Shown: positions 9,069-19,594, counted from the stretch's first letter. The stretch is 64,000 nt of DNA from Acidimicrobiaceae bacterium (GCA_003138815.1 PLHD01000021.1:49316-113315), one strand, 5' to 3'. A program made the numbers and translations. Notes: generated by a model from the letters alone, not told the origin.

Positions 9069-9133
9069 GGCTAAATCGTAGAGCCTGGCGGCGGGTTGCA
9101 TGCGAGTCCGTCTTGGGCAGTAGGATTCTCGGC

Positions 9134-9218
9134 GGGTCAGTGCCCGAGTGGCCAATGGGATCTGGCTGTAAACCAGACGGCTTAGCCTACGGGGGTTCAA
9201 ATCCCTCCTGGCCCACCA
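9134..9218 (+). tRNA. tRNA-Tyr (GTA), class II long variable arm, CCA encoded
   Basis: Acceptor GGGTCAG/CTGGCCC, anticodon stem-loop TCTGG-CTGTAAA-CCAGA, T arm GGGGG-TTCAAAT-CCCTC. Confidence 0.85.
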
Positions 9219-9219
9219 A

Positions 9220-9248
9220 GGCCAATCCAGCGTCGCGCTGGATTGGCC
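9220..9248 (+). terminator. 13-bp perfect hairpin directly after tRNA-Tyr (no U tract)
   Basis: GGCCAATCCAGCG-tcg-CGCTGGATTGGCC. Confidence 0.4.
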
Positions 9249-9276
9249 CTGCCCGGAATTCAGTGGAAATAGTACG

Positions 9277-10914
9277 GTGGCACTGGCTAGGGTGAGGAGT
9301 TTCGTGAATCGACTGAAGTCGTGGCCGAGCGATGTGCGCCGCACTTACGAGAGCGTCGCGGAGCGGTTCGAGTCGGGCGTCCAGCTGCTGGAGCGGCGCT
9401 ACACCCCGCTCGGTCGCTTCAGCCCCGGTCCCTTCGAGGGCTGGTCGTTCCTCTGGCAGCCGGCCGTGCTCGGGTTCGTGGCGATGGTGCTGATCTTGAT
9501 GGGCGGCTCGTTCACGAACTCTCCGTTCAAGCTCAACATGGCCGACACCTGGTTCTTCGGCGAGCCTTCCGCGAGCCCGGGCACGCCCAGCGAGACCAGG
9601 CTCCTGCTGTCGATCGTGCTCATGTACGGCGGGCTGCTGCTGCTCATGAGGGTGTGGCTGCGCCTGGCCGAGGTGATGAAGCTGCACCCGGGCTCGTCGC
9701 TCAAGTCGCTGTGGTGGATGCTCGTGCTGTGGGCGACGCCCATGATCGTCGCCCCGCCGCTGTTCTCGCGCGACGTCTTCAGCTACGCCGCCCAGGGCGA
9801 GATGACCAGTCACCACCTGAGCCCGTACCTCTATGGCCCGTCGACGCTGGGCTCGATCCCCTTCGTCCCTCCGGTCGACAAGCTCTGGGACAACACGCCC
9901 GCGCCGTACGGCCCGTTCTTCCTCTTCATCGACGGCTCGATCGACAAGATCGCCCGGCACAACGCGCTGGCCACGGTCCTGGGACTTCGGCTCCTGGAGG
10001 TCTTCGCGGTGGCGGTCATCGGCGTGGGCGTTGCCATGCTCGCGCGCGGGCTGGGCCGCGACCCGGGCGAGGCCTTCGTGCTGAGCGCCCTGAACCCGCT
10101 GGTGCTGCTCACCCTGATCGGCGGGGCCCATAACGACGCGATCATGGCGGCTTTCCTGGTGGTGGGCATCGCCCTGGCCGTGCGACACCGACCGGTCTGG
10201 GCTCTCGTCTTCGTCGCCTGCGCCACGGCGATCAAGGCGCCCGCCGCGCTGGGCCTCGCCTTCGTGGCCTGGACGTGGCTCGGGGCGCGAGCCACGATCC
10301 GCCAACGAATACGACCGATCCTCGTCGCGACCTTGATCGCCGGGCTGACCCTGGGCGCTTGGACCTGGCTCGCCGGGTTCGGATTCGGCTGGGTGCAGAA
10401 CCTGCTCTCCAACGGCACCGTGCGCTCGTGGGCGGCGCCGGCGACCGCGCTGGGGATGGCGCTCGGCAACACGCTGCACGCCATCGGACTGCACTCGGTC
10501 TCGGTGACCAGCGTGCTCTCGGTCAGTCGTCTGATCGGGCTGCTGATCGCGGGCGCCTTCGCCGTGTGGCTGCTCTGGAACGGCGAGGGGCGCGGATGGG
10601 TGCGCTCGCTAGGGCTCGCGCTGGTGCTCTTCGTGGAGCTGGGACCGGTGGTCCAGCCCTGGTACCTGGCCTGGGGCCTCATCCTGCTGGCGGCGAGCTA
10701 CCAGGGAAGGGAGCACTTCTGGATCCTGGCCCTGTCGATCACGGGGCCGTTCATCGGGCTGCCGGGCGGGCGCCAGCTGCTGGCGGGCCTGGTGCACAGC
10801 AACCCGCTGCTCATTGCGCTGGCCGTGGCGATACTCGGCGGCGTCCTCTTGCTGCCGATGGGGCGCTGGACGCAGTGGTCCTGGCCCGAGAGGGAGCTCG
10901 CGACCAGCGCCTAG
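9277..10914 (+). CDS. MptB-like polyprenol-phosphate-mannose-dependent alpha-1,6-mannosyltransferase (GT-C fold)
   Basis: 545-aa polytopic membrane ORF. FSRDVFSYAAQGEMTSHHLSPYLYGPSTLG and WDNTPAPYGPFFL resemble the first extracytoplasmic loop of MptB-type enzymes. Start may be GTG 9304 (GAGGAG upstream). Confidence 0.65.
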   Translation: MALARVRSFVNRLKSWPSDVRRTYESVAERFESGVQLLERRYTPLGRFSPGPFEGWSFLWQPAVLGFVAMVLILMGGSFTNSPFKLNMADTWFFGEPSASPGTPSETRLLLSIVLMYGGLLLLMRVWLRLAEVMKLHPGSSLKSLWWMLVLWATPMIVAPPLFSRDVFSYAAQGEMTSHHLSPYLYGPSTLGSIPFVPPVDKLWDNTPAPYGPFFLFIDGSIDKIARHNALATVLGLRLLEVFAVAVIGVGVAMLARGLGRDPGEAFVLSALNPLVLLTLIGGAHNDAIMAAFLVVGIALAVRHRPVWALVFVACATAIKAPAALGLAFVAWTWLGARATIRQRIRPILVATLIAGLTLGAWTWLAGFGFGWVQNLLSNGTVRSWAAPATALGMALGNTLHAIGLHSVSVTSVLSVSRLIGLLIAGAFAVWLLWNGEGRGWVRSLGLALVLFVELGPVVQPWYLAWGLILLAASYQGREHFWILALSITGPFIGLPGGRQLLAGLVHSNPLLIALAVAILGGVLLLPMGRWTQWSWPERELATSA

Positions 10915-11444
10915 CCTCGCCGGTCGGGCAACACGTACTGGTACTCCACCACGTCGAGCCAGCGGCCGTGCTTGCGGCCTACCTCGATTTCGGTCCCCAC
11001 CAGGGTAAATCCACACTTCTCGTGAAGACGGATCGAGCCCTCGTTCTCGCCCACGATGCGCGCGATCAGCGAGTGGAAACCCGATTCCTGGGCGGTGGCG
11101 ATGAGTTCGCGCAGGAGAATCTCGCCCACGCCCCGCCCGCGGGCTGAACGGTGGACGTAGACCGAATTCTCGACCGTGGTGGCGTAGGCGGGGCGAGCGC
11201 GGAAGGTGGAAACCAGTGCGAAGCCAAGGATCTTCTCGCTGCGCGCGCCGGTTTCGCCCAGGTCGTCGTCCTCGTTGACGGCCACGATGCAGGGGTGCGT
11301 GGCCTGGTGAGCCCGAATCCAGGCCCGCTGATCATCGAGCGACCGGGGGACCAGGTCAAAACTGACCGTAGTCTCGATAACCTCAGGATTGTAGATGTTC
11401 ATGAGCGCCTCGGCATCGTCCAGTTCGACCAGGCGGGTTCTCAT
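10911..11444 (-). CDS. GNAT N-acetyltransferase (phosphinothricin/amino-acid N-acetyltransferase type)
   Basis: 177-aa ORF; acetyl-CoA motif RGRGVGEILLRELIATAQESGFHSLIARI and C-terminal GRWLDVVEYQYVL. Confidence 0.8.
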   Translation of the reverse strand: MRTRLVELDDAEALMNIYNPEVIETTVSFDLVPRSLDDQRAWIRAHQATHPCIVAVNEDDDLGETGARSEKILGFALVSTFRARPAYATTVENSVYVHRSARGRGVGEILLRELIATAQESGFHSLIARIVGENEGSIRLHEKCGFTLVGTEIEVGRKHGRWLDVVEYQYVLPDRRG

Positions 11445-11470
11445 GAAATATAAGGGTACTGCGCCGTCGG

Positions 11471-11501
11471 TTGGAAAGAATGGCCTCCGTCGGAGTACAA
11501 T
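11471..11501 (+). promoter_or_regulatory. candidate promoter for tRNA-Thr/tRNA-Met/rpmG
   Basis: TTGGAA-19 nt-TACAAT; the -10 is near-consensus, the spacer is long. Confidence 0.4.
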
Positions 11502-11528
11502 TCCCCCTCGCGTGTTTTTTTCGCGCGG

Positions 11529-11601
<73 letters not shown>

Positions 11602-11606
11602 CGCCA

Positions 11607-11683
11607 GGCGGCGTAGCTCAGGTGGTCAGAGCACACGGCTCATAATCGTGTTGTCGCGGGTTCGAGTCCCGCCGCCGCTACCA
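11607..11683 (+). tRNA. tRNA-Met (CAT), elongator type, CCA encoded
   Basis: Acceptor GGCGGCG/CGCCGCT, anticodon loop CTCATAA. The anticodon stem lacks the 3 G-C pairs of initiator tRNA. Confidence 0.85.
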
Positions 11684-11736
11684 GGCAGGACCCGCGGGCC
11701 CTGGGCAGAGAACGAAGTAACGAAGAGGAGAGAACG

Positions 11737-11901
11737 ATGGCAAAGAACGAGAAGCGCGTGCAGGTCACCTTGGCTTGCGAGGAGTGCAAGCGCCGCAACT
11801 ACATCACCAAGAAGAACAAGGTCAACGACCGCGAGCGTATCGAGATGTCCAAATACTGCCAGTGGGAGCGCAAGCACACGCTGCACAAAGAGACCCGCTA
11901 G
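11737..11901 (+). CDS. rpmG: 50S ribosomal protein L33
   Basis: 54-aa ORF below the track cutoff: [54 protein letters not shown]; GAGGAG 7 nt upstream. Confidence 0.9.
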   Translation: MAKNEKRVQVTLACEECKRRNYITKKNKVNDRERIEMSKYCQWERKHTLHKETR

Positions 11902-11974
11902 TAGCACCGTCCGGGAGGATGGTAAGATTCATCTTCCCTACGGCCGTCCACCGGGTTCCGGTGTCCAGCCGCAA

Positions 11975-12047
11975 AGGGCAGTGGCTCAATTGGTAGAGCA
12001 CCGGTCTCCAAAACCGGGGGTTGGGGGTTCGAGTCCCTCCTGCCCTG
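11975..12047 (+). tRNA. tRNA-Trp (CCA)
   Basis: Acceptor AGGGCAG/CTGCCCT, anticodon stem-loop CCGGT-CTCCAAA-ACCGG; usual position upstream of secE. Confidence 0.85.
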
Positions 12048-12099
12048 CTCGAGGATTTTTTCGACACGAAGTAACCGGAGTAGCAACGAGAGACGTGAG

Positions 12100-12396
12100 A
12101 TGAACCGCGAACAGAAGCGCATGATGCAGCGACAGGGACAGGTGGGCGCCGACGGCGCCGCTTCGTCGCGGCGCACCACGGCTCAGGACGTCCAGCGCCG
12201 CCGCGGCCAACGCACCAGGCCGCGTCAGTTCCTGCGCGAGATCCGCGACGAGATGCGCCAGGTCTCCTGGCCGACGCGTCCCGAGCTGATCAACTACACC
12301 ACCATCGTGCTGTTCGTCCTGATCTTCATGACCGCGCTGATTTTCGGCCTCGGCTACGGCTTCTCGAAGTTCGTAACGTTCCTCTTCACGAAGTAA
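12100..12396 (+). CDS. secE: preprotein translocase subunit SecE
   Basis: 98-aa ORF with a basic N-terminal extension, then FLREIRDEMRQVSWPTRPEL plus a single TM; followed by nusG. Confidence 0.85.
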   Translation: MNREQKRMMQRQGQVGADGAASSRRTTAQDVQRRRGQRTRPRQFLREIRDEMRQVSWPTRPELINYTTIVLFVLIFMTALIFGLGYGFSKFVTFLFTK

Positions 12397-12406
12397 GGCG
12401 ACAACA

Positions 12407-13075
12407 ATGAGCGATATTGAGACCACCAACGACGTCGAGAAGGACGTGGCCAACGACGAGATTCTCGACGTCACCATTCTCGAGGACGGCCTCGACGAGG
12501 AGCCGATCGTCGAGAGCGCGTTCGACCGTCCCGGTCGCTGGTACATCGTGCACACCTTCGCCGGCCACGAGCAGAAGGTCATCGGCGCGCTCAACAACAT
12601 CATTAAGAGCCGCGAGCTGACCGACAGCATCTACGAGATCTACCTGCCCGAAGAGGACGTGACCGAGTTCAAGGGCGGCAAGAAGGTCACGGTCTCCAAG
12701 CGCATGTTCCCGAGCTACCTGCTCATCCGCTGCGAGCCGGATCCCGAGATCTTCTACGTCATCGGCTCGACGCCGGGCGTGACGGGTTTCGTCGGCGCCG
12801 AGAAGACTCGCCCGACGGCCCTGACGCGCCGCGAGGTCGACAACATCATCCGTCCCTTCGTCGAGGGCGTGGAGGTGCCGAGCGCGAAGCGTCGCATGCC
12901 GACCCACGAGTTCGAGGTCAACGACACCGTCCAGATCAAGACCGGTCCCTTCGCGACGTTCTCCGGCCACGTCGCCGAGATCAACGAGGACCAGCTCAAG
13001 GTCAAGGTGCTGGTGGACATCTTCGGACGAGAGACCCCCGTGGAGCTTGACTTCACGCAGATTACGAAGCTCTAG
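12407..13075 (+). CDS. nusG: transcription termination/antitermination factor NusG
   Basis: 222-aa ORF; [17 protein letters not shown] domain and C-terminal KOW ([19 protein letters not shown]). Confidence 0.95.
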   Translation: MSDIETTNDVEKDVANDEILDVTILEDGLDEEPIVESAFDRPGRWYIVHTFAGHEQKVIGALNNIIKSRELTDSIYEIYLPEEDVTEFKGGKKVTVSKRMFPSYLLIRCEPDPEIFYVIGSTPGVTGFVGAEKTRPTALTRREVDNIIRPFVEGVEVPSAKRRMPTHEFEVNDTVQIKTGPFATFSGHVAEINEDQLKVKVLVDIFGRETPVELDFTQITKL

Positions 13076-13098
13076 AGAACTGGTGCAAGGAGAAAGCC

Positions 13099-13527
13099 AT
13101 GGCTAAAAAAAGGGTTGTTGCAGTCGTAAAGATTCAGCTCGAGGCAGGCGGGGCAACGCCCGCGCCGCCGGTCGGCACCGCGCTCGGACCGCACGGCATC
13201 CAGACGATGGAGTTCTGCAAGCAGTACAACGCCGCCACCGAGTCGATGCGCGGAACGGTCATCCCCGTGGATATCTCGATCTACGAGGACCGTTCCTTCA
13301 CGTTCGTCCTGAAGACCCCGCCGACGCCGGTGCTGCTGCGCCAGGCCGCGGGGGTCGCCAAGGGCGCCCACACCGCGGGTCGCGAGACCATCGCGTCGAT
13401 CACGATGGCCCAGGTCGAGGAGATCGCCACCACCAAACTCAAGGACCTCAACACCGACGACCTCGAGATGGCCAAGCTCCAGGTGGCGGGCACTGCCCGC
13501 TCCATGGGCATCACAGTGGCGGGCTAG
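13099..13527 (+). CDS. rplK: 50S ribosomal protein L11
   Basis: [33 protein letters not shown]. Confidence 0.97.
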   Translation: MAKKRVVAVVKIQLEAGGATPAPPVGTALGPHGIQTMEFCKQYNAATESMRGTVIPVDISIYEDRSFTFVLKTPPTPVLLRQAAGVAKGAHTAGRETIASITMAQVEEIATTKLKDLNTDDLEMAKLQVAGTARSMGITVAG

Positions 13528-13536
13528 GAGAGAACG

Positions 13537-14253
13537 ATGAAGCACGGCAAAAAGTACATAAACGCTCTGGCGCAGGTTGACCGCGAGGAACTGCTCACGA
13601 TCAAAGAGGCGCTGGACAAGGTGAAGAAGCTGTCGACGGCCAAGTTCGACGAGACCGTCGAGGTCGCCATCCGTCTTGGCATCGACCCCCGCAAGGCCGA
13701 GCAGATCGTGCGAGGCACGCTCTCGCTTCCGGCGGGCACCGGCAAGACCAACCGCGTCGCCGTCTTCGCCGGCGGCGAGGCCGCTCAGGCCGCCCGTGAC
13801 GCGGGAGCCGACATCGTCGGCGCCGAGGACCTGGTCGCCAAGGTGGCCGGTGGCTTCCTCGACTTCGACATCGCCATCGCCACGCCCGACCTCATGGGCC
13901 AGGTCGGTGGACTCGGCCGCGTGCTCGGACCGCGCGGCCTGATGCCGAATCCCAAGACCGGCACCGTGACCATGGACGTCGCCAAGGCCGTCACCGAGTT
14001 CAAGGGCGGCCGCGTCGAGTACCGCAGCGACAAGATCGGCAACGTGCAGCTGCGGGTCGGCAAGGTCGGCTTCAGCCTCGAGGACCTGGTGCGCAACGTG
14101 CAGGCCGTGGTCGACGAGATCGTCCGCGTCAAGCCCGCCAGCGCCAAGGGCCGGTACCTCATGAGCATCACGGTCTCGTCGACGATGGGACCTGGTGTCA
14201 AGATCGACCCGACCCGCACCAAGGAAGTCGACGAGGCGCTGATCGGCGCCTAG
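13537..14253 (+). CDS. rplA: 50S ribosomal protein L1
   Basis: 238-aa ORF; [25 protein letters not shown] and [15 protein letters not shown]. Confidence 0.97.
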   Translation: MKHGKKYINALAQVDREELLTIKEALDKVKKLSTAKFDETVEVAIRLGIDPRKAEQIVRGTLSLPAGTGKTNRVAVFAGGEAAQAARDAGADIVGAEDLVAKVAGGFLDFDIAIATPDLMGQVGGLGRVLGPRGLMPNPKTGTVTMDVAKAVTEFKGGRVEYRSDKIGNVQLRVGKVGFSLEDLVRNVQAVVDEIVRVKPASAKGRYLMSITVSSTMGPGVKIDPTRTKEVDEALIGA

Positions 14254-14261
14254 GCACCGTT

Positions 14262-14291
14262 TTGACGGGGCCCGCGCCGCGTCGCTACGAT
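14262..14291 (+). promoter_or_regulatory. candidate rplJL promoter
   Basis: TTGACG-18 nt-TACGAT immediately after the rplA stop. Confidence 0.5.
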
Positions 14292-14472
14292 GTACCCCGC
14301 GCACGAAGTTGGTGCCACCGCTTTAGAAGAACGCCGAAGACATCCGGTGTGGGAAACCACGTAAGTGGCCGCAAGGTCCGCCTGACGAGGAGCTCGAGTC
14401 CGACCCCCGGGTCCGGCTCGTTCGCTTGGATGTCGAGGCCCGTACCGGGCGGCATCCGGTGAAGGAGTCAGC
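14292..14472 (+). promoter_or_regulatory. rplJ 5' leader, candidate L10(L12)4 autoregulatory RNA
   Basis: About 180-nt non-coding leader with several hairpins, including GTGG-GAAA-CCAC (14349-14360). This is the expected location of the L10 leader; not verified against a model. Confidence 0.35.
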
Positions 14473-15192
14473 ATGAGCAAGGTTCGCCCCGACAAGGTCG
14501 CTACCGTCAAAGAGGTCAAGAACCGGGTCGGCTCCACGTCGACGGCCGTGGTGACCGAGTACCGTGGCCTGACCGTGGCCGAGATCTCCACCCTCCGACG
14601 CAATCTGAGGGTCCTGGGCGCCGACTTCAAGGTGTACAAGAACAGCCTGGTGCGACGCGCCATCAGCGGCACCGAGGTCGAGTCGCTGACCGAGTACCTC
14701 GAGGGTCCCACCGCCATTGCCTTCATCGACGGCGACCTGTCGGCCGTGGCCAAGGCGCTGCGCGACTTCGCCAAGGACTCGCCCAAGCTGATCGTGAAGG
14801 GTGGCGTCGCTGACGGCAAGGCCCTCTCGTTCAAGGACCTGGTGTCCCTGGCCGACCTGCCAAGCCGCGACGTGCTGCTGGCGCAGTTCGCCGGCCTGCT
14901 GGCCTCACCCCTTCGCACCATGGCCGGCCTCTTGAAGGCCGTCCCGCAAAACTTCGCCTACGGCCTCTCAGCCCTCATCGACAGCAAGGGCGGCCCCGCC
15001 GCCCCCGCCGCCGACCAGGTCGAGGCCGCCGAGACTCCGGCCGGGGTCGAGGAAGCTGCACCCGCAGCGAGCGACGACGCCGCGGCACCTGTCGCGGAGG
15101 TCGCGGCTGAGGAAGAGGCCCCCGTGGCCGACGCCGACGCCGAAACCACCGAGGCTCCTCTCGAGGACGCCGCGAGCGAACCGGCCGAATAG
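14473..15192 (+). CDS. rplJ: 50S ribosomal protein L10 with about 67-aa A/E/P/D-rich C-terminal tail
   Basis: MSKVRPDKVATVKEVKNRVGSTSTAVVTEYRGLTVAE. The canonical fold ends near residue 172; the tail spans 14989-15189. Confidence 0.95.
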   Translation: MSKVRPDKVATVKEVKNRVGSTSTAVVTEYRGLTVAEISTLRRNLRVLGADFKVYKNSLVRRAISGTEVESLTEYLEGPTAIAFIDGDLSAVAKALRDFAKDSPKLIVKGGVADGKALSFKDLVSLADLPSRDVLLAQFAGLLASPLRTMAGLLKAVPQNFAYGLSALIDSKGGPAAPAADQVEAAETPAGVEEAAPAASDDAAAPVAEVAAEEEAPVADADAETTEAPLEDAASEPAE

Positions 15193-15237
15193 TCCACATC
15201 AACGTAGTACCGAAACGAAGAAAAGAAAGGAATCACC

Positions 15238-15630
15238 ATGGCTGCAACCCTGACCAAGGAACAGATTCTCGACGGCATCGCTGAGCTTTCTGTCATCGAA
15301 CTGAGCGAATTGCTCAAGGAGTTCGAAGAGAAGTTCGGCGTGACTGCTGCGGCTCCCGCGGCCGTTGCCGCTCCGGCCGCCGCTGGCGGTGGCGCTGGCG
15401 CCGAGGAAGTCGAGGAGAAGAGCGACTACGACGTCATTTTGACGGGTGGAGGCGACAAGAAGATTCAGGTGATCAAGGAAGTGCGTGCACTGACGAGCCT
15501 GGGACTGAAGGAAGCCAAGGACCTCGTGGACGGTGCCCCCAAGCCCGTGCTCGAGAAGGTCTCTAAGGCTGATGCCGAGAAGGCCAAGGCGGCCCTCGAG
15601 GCCGCCGGCGCAACGGTGGAACTCAAGTAG
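15238..15630 (+). CDS. rplL: 50S ribosomal protein L7/L12
   Basis: 130-aa ORF with A/P/G hinge and C-terminal domain [31 protein letters not shown]. Confidence 0.97.
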   Translation: MAATLTKEQILDGIAELSVIELSELLKEFEEKFGVTAAAPAAVAAPAAAGGGAGAEEVEEKSDYDVILTGGGDKKIQVIKEVRALTSLGLKEAKDLVDGAPKPVLEKVSKADAEKAKAALEAAGATVELK

Positions 15631-15646
15631 TTTCAACGTTTTGGAG

Positions 15647-15689
15647 GTACTAGCCCCGATTGGCGCGCCAATCGGGGCTAGTACTTTTT
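15647..15689 (+). terminator. rho-independent terminator/attenuator after rplL
   Basis: 38-nt perfect palindrome GTACTAGCCCCGATTGGCG/CGCCAATCGGGGCTAGTAC followed by TTTTT. Confidence 0.8.
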
Positions 15690-15699
15690 GCGGTGGTAC

Positions 15700-15728
15700 T
15701 TGACCTCGGGCCAGAACCTGAATAGGGT
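15700..15728 (+). promoter_or_regulatory. candidate rpoBC promoter
   Basis: TTGACC-17 nt-TAGGGT, about 185 nt upstream of the rpoB start. Confidence 0.55.
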
Positions 15729-15914
15729 GAGGCCAACCGTTAAGGCGGCCGCGTTTCCCAGGAGTGGGGAGCGCCACTTGCGCATTGCCCTAAGGAGCGA
15801 CTAAAGTCGGTAGACCGTGCTCCTGCATTTAACTTCGTCGTCTCCTGTCGTCGGTGTGTCGTGTTGCCACGGAAAAGCCTGCAGCAGCCACCCACTCACA
15901 CGGAGGATTGACCG

Positions 15915-18900
15915 TTGACGTCTCGGTCCACTAGCCCAGAACGCTTTAATTTCTCGGCACTAGGTGAAGCCCACCCCCTACCCAACCTCCTCGAAATTCA
16001 GCGAGACAGCTTCGACCTGTTCATGAAGCAGGGTCTACGAGAGGCTTTTGAAGCCATCTCGCCGATCAGCGACTTCACGGGCCGATTGTCGCTGGAGCTT
16101 GAGTTCGACCCTGACGACGTGGACCTGAAGAGCCCGCCGAAGTTCACCGTCGAGGAGTGCCGCCAGCGCGCCACCACCTACTCGCAGCCGATCTTCGTGC
16201 GTGCCCGCTTCCTGAACTCCGAGACCGGCGAGATCAAGGAACAGACCGTCTTCATGGGCGACTTCCCGATCATGACCGAGCAGGGGACGTTCATCATCAA
16301 CGGCACCGAGCGCGTGGTTGTCTCCCAGCTCGTGCGCTCACCCGGAGTGCTGTTCCAGCCCGGCAAGGACGAGAAGGTCGCCTTCGAAGGCACGATCCAC
16401 CCGAGTCGCGGTGAGTGGCTCCAGGTCGACCTCGAAGAGAAGAAGAACAAGGCGGCCAACGCCGGCGCCCGCATCGCGCGCAAGCGTCGCGTCTCGATCT
16501 TCACGCTGCTGCGTGCGCTCGATACCGCGATGGACGAGGCGTTCTTCGAGAGGTTCATTGCCCACTTCGACTTCCTCGAAGACCAGTTCCACGCGGACTG
16601 GAAGAAGGCGCACCTCGAGATCGCCAAGCACATGGACAAGTACAACATCGAGGATTCGCCCGAGAACTTCGTGCGCGCCAGCCAGGAGACCGCCTGGCTC
16701 GAGATCTACCGCCGCGCGCGTCCCGGCGAGGTGCAGACCATCGAGGCCGCCCGCCAGTACTTCGAGGGGGCGTTCTTCTCCGAGAAGCGCTACGACCTCT
16801 CGCGCGTCGGCCGCTACAAGCTCGACCGCAAGCTGGGCGACGAGGTCGCCAAGAACGTCGAACTGTTCGGTGACCTGCTCGCTCGTCCCAACGCCGACCT
16901 GCACGTCCTGTCCAAGGCCGAAGTGCTCGCCACGGCGACGTACCTGCTGAACCTGGCGCGTGATCGCACCGCCAAGGAGACCACCTACCACATCGACGAC
17001 CAGGACCACTTCGCCAACCGACGCATCCGCAGCGTCGGCGAACTTATCCAGAACGCCCTGCGCACCGGCCTCTCGCGCATGGAGCGGGTCGTGCGCGAGC
17101 GCATGAACACCCAGGACGTCGAGGCGATCGCGCCCCAGACGCTGATCAACATCCGCCCGGTGATGTCGGCGATCAAGGAGTTCTTCGCCACCTCGCAGCT
17201 CAGCCAGTTCATGGACCAGAACAACCCGCTGTCGGGCCTGACCCACAAGCGCCGTCTCTCGGCGCTGGGACCAGGCGGACTCTCGCGCGAGCGTGCCGGC
17301 CTCGAGGTTCGAGACGTCCACTCGTCGCACTACGGGCGCATGTGCCCGATCGAGACGCCCGAAGGCCCCAACGTGGGCCTCATTGGCTACCTCGCGAACT
17401 ACGCGCGCATCAACGGCTACGGCTTCATCGAGACGCCGTATCGAGTGGTGACCGGTGGCAAGGTGACTGGTGAGATCAGGTACTTCACCGCCGACGAGGA
17501 AGAGCGTTACGTCATCGCCCAGGCCAACACCGAGGTCGACGAAAAGGGCGTGATCCGCGCCGAGCGCGTGCTCGTGCGCCGGGGCCCGATTGGTACCGGC
17601 CTGCGTGTGGGTGCCTCGAACAAGTCCTCCTCGACGACGTCGGAGATCGACTTCGTCAAGCCCGACGAGGTCGAGCTGATGGACGTGTCGACCAAGCAGG
17701 TCATCTCGGTGGCCACCTCGCTCATCCCCTTCGTGGAGCACGACGACGCGCAGCGCGCGTTGATGGGCGCCAACATGCAGAAGCAGGCCGTGCCGCTGAT
17801 CATGCCCGAGGCCCCGTTCGTCGGAACCGGCATGGAAGCGCGCGCCGCGTTGGACTCGGGTGACGTGCTGATCGCCGAGGGGGAGGGCGTCGTCAAGTCC
17901 GTCTCCGGTGACCGAATCGTCGTCGAGTACGAGAAGGACGTCACGGACCGCTACGGCAAGACCCTGGGCAAGAAGCAGTACAACCTGAACAAGTTCCGCC
18001 GCTCCAACCAGGACACCTCGATCAACCAGAAGCCCCTCGTCTTCGGCGGCGAGGTCGTCAAGGCCGGCGACCTGCTCGCCGACGGCACGAGCACCTTCAA
18101 CGGCGAGCTCGCCCTGGGCAAGAACCTGCTCGTGGCGTACATGCCGTGGGAGGGCTACAACTACGAGGACGCCATCATCTTGAATGAGCGTCTCGTGCGT
18201 GATGACGTCCTGACCTCGATCCACGTCAAGGAATACGAGATCGACGCCCGCGACACCAAGCTGGGGGCCGAGGAGATCACCCGCGACATCCCGAACCTGC
18301 CCGACGACATCCTCGCCGACCTCGACGACCGCGGCATCGTGCGCATCGGCGCCGAAGTCGAGCCGGGTGACATCCTGGTGGGCAAGGTCACGCCGAAGGG
18401 CGAGACCGAGCAGTCACCCGAAGAGCGACTGCTGCGGGCCATCTTCGGTGAGAAGGCGCGCGAAGTGCGCGACACCTCCCTGAAGGTCCCCCACGGCGAG
18501 TCCGGCAAGGTGATCGACGTCAAGGTCTACAGCCGCGACGAGGACCACGAGATGCAGCCCGGTGTCAACCAGCTGGTCAAGGTCTACGTGGCCCAGAAGC
18601 GCAAGATCTCCGAAGGCGACAAGCTCGCCGGGCGCCACGGCAACAAGGGCGTCATCTCGAAGATCCTGCCCGAGGAGGACATGCCCTTCATGGCTGACGG
18701 CACCGCCGTCGACATCATCCTCAGCCCGCTCGGCGTGCCGAGCCGAATGAACGTGGGTCAGGTTCTCGAAAGCCACCTCGGCTACGCCGCCCGCTACGGC
18801 TGGGAAGGCATCGAGGTCAACCCTGCGGTCGGCACCTCGGGACACTCGGACCAGATGGATCCCGAGCACCGCCCGTACCGCAAGACCCGCCCCCGCACCG

Positions 18901-19594
18901 AGCCCGCCGTCTACGTGGCCACGCCGTCGTTCGACGGCGCCCACTGGGACGAGACCGAGCGCGCGAAGGACAAGCCGACGATCCAACACACCTTCGAGAC
19001 GCTCAACGTCGACGGCGCCAACGGCAAGCACCTACTCGCCGGGGACAACGACGGCAAGGTCGCCCTGTACAACGGTCGCACCGGTGAGATCTACGACAAC
19101 CCGATCTCGGTGGGCTACGCCTACATCTTGAAGCTCGCCCACATGGTCGACGACAAGATCCACGCCCGTTCGACGGGACCGTACTCGATGATCACGGCCC
19201 AGCCGCTCGGTGGCAAGGCGCAGTTCGGTGGCCAGCGCTTCGGCGAGATGGAAGTCTGGGCCCTCGAGGCCTACGGCGCCGCCTACGCGCTCCAGGAGCT
19301 CTTGACCGTCAAGTCCGACGACATGAAGGGCCGTGAGCGCGCCTACGAGGCGATCGTCAAGGGCCAGAACCTGCCCGAACCGGGGATCCCCGAGTCGTTC
19401 AAGGTGCTGATCAAGGAAATGCAGTCACTCTGTCTGAACGTCGAGGTGCGCGACAAGAACAAGCAGCACGTCGACCTTGCCGACACCGAAGAAGACTTCT
19501 TCTCCGTGACCCGCGAACTCGGGATCGACATCAGTCGACCCGAGCGGGGCAGCGATGAAGAGGATGCCCGCCGTGCCGCCGAAAGGAAGTTGTC

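Noticed and set aside
9069-9344. N-terminal extension of the yajQ ORF to 9344 (254 aa)
   Set aside because: The extension runs antisense through tRNA-Tyr and its hairpin. The canonical YajQ N-terminus MPSFDVVSEIDLQE begins at 9068.
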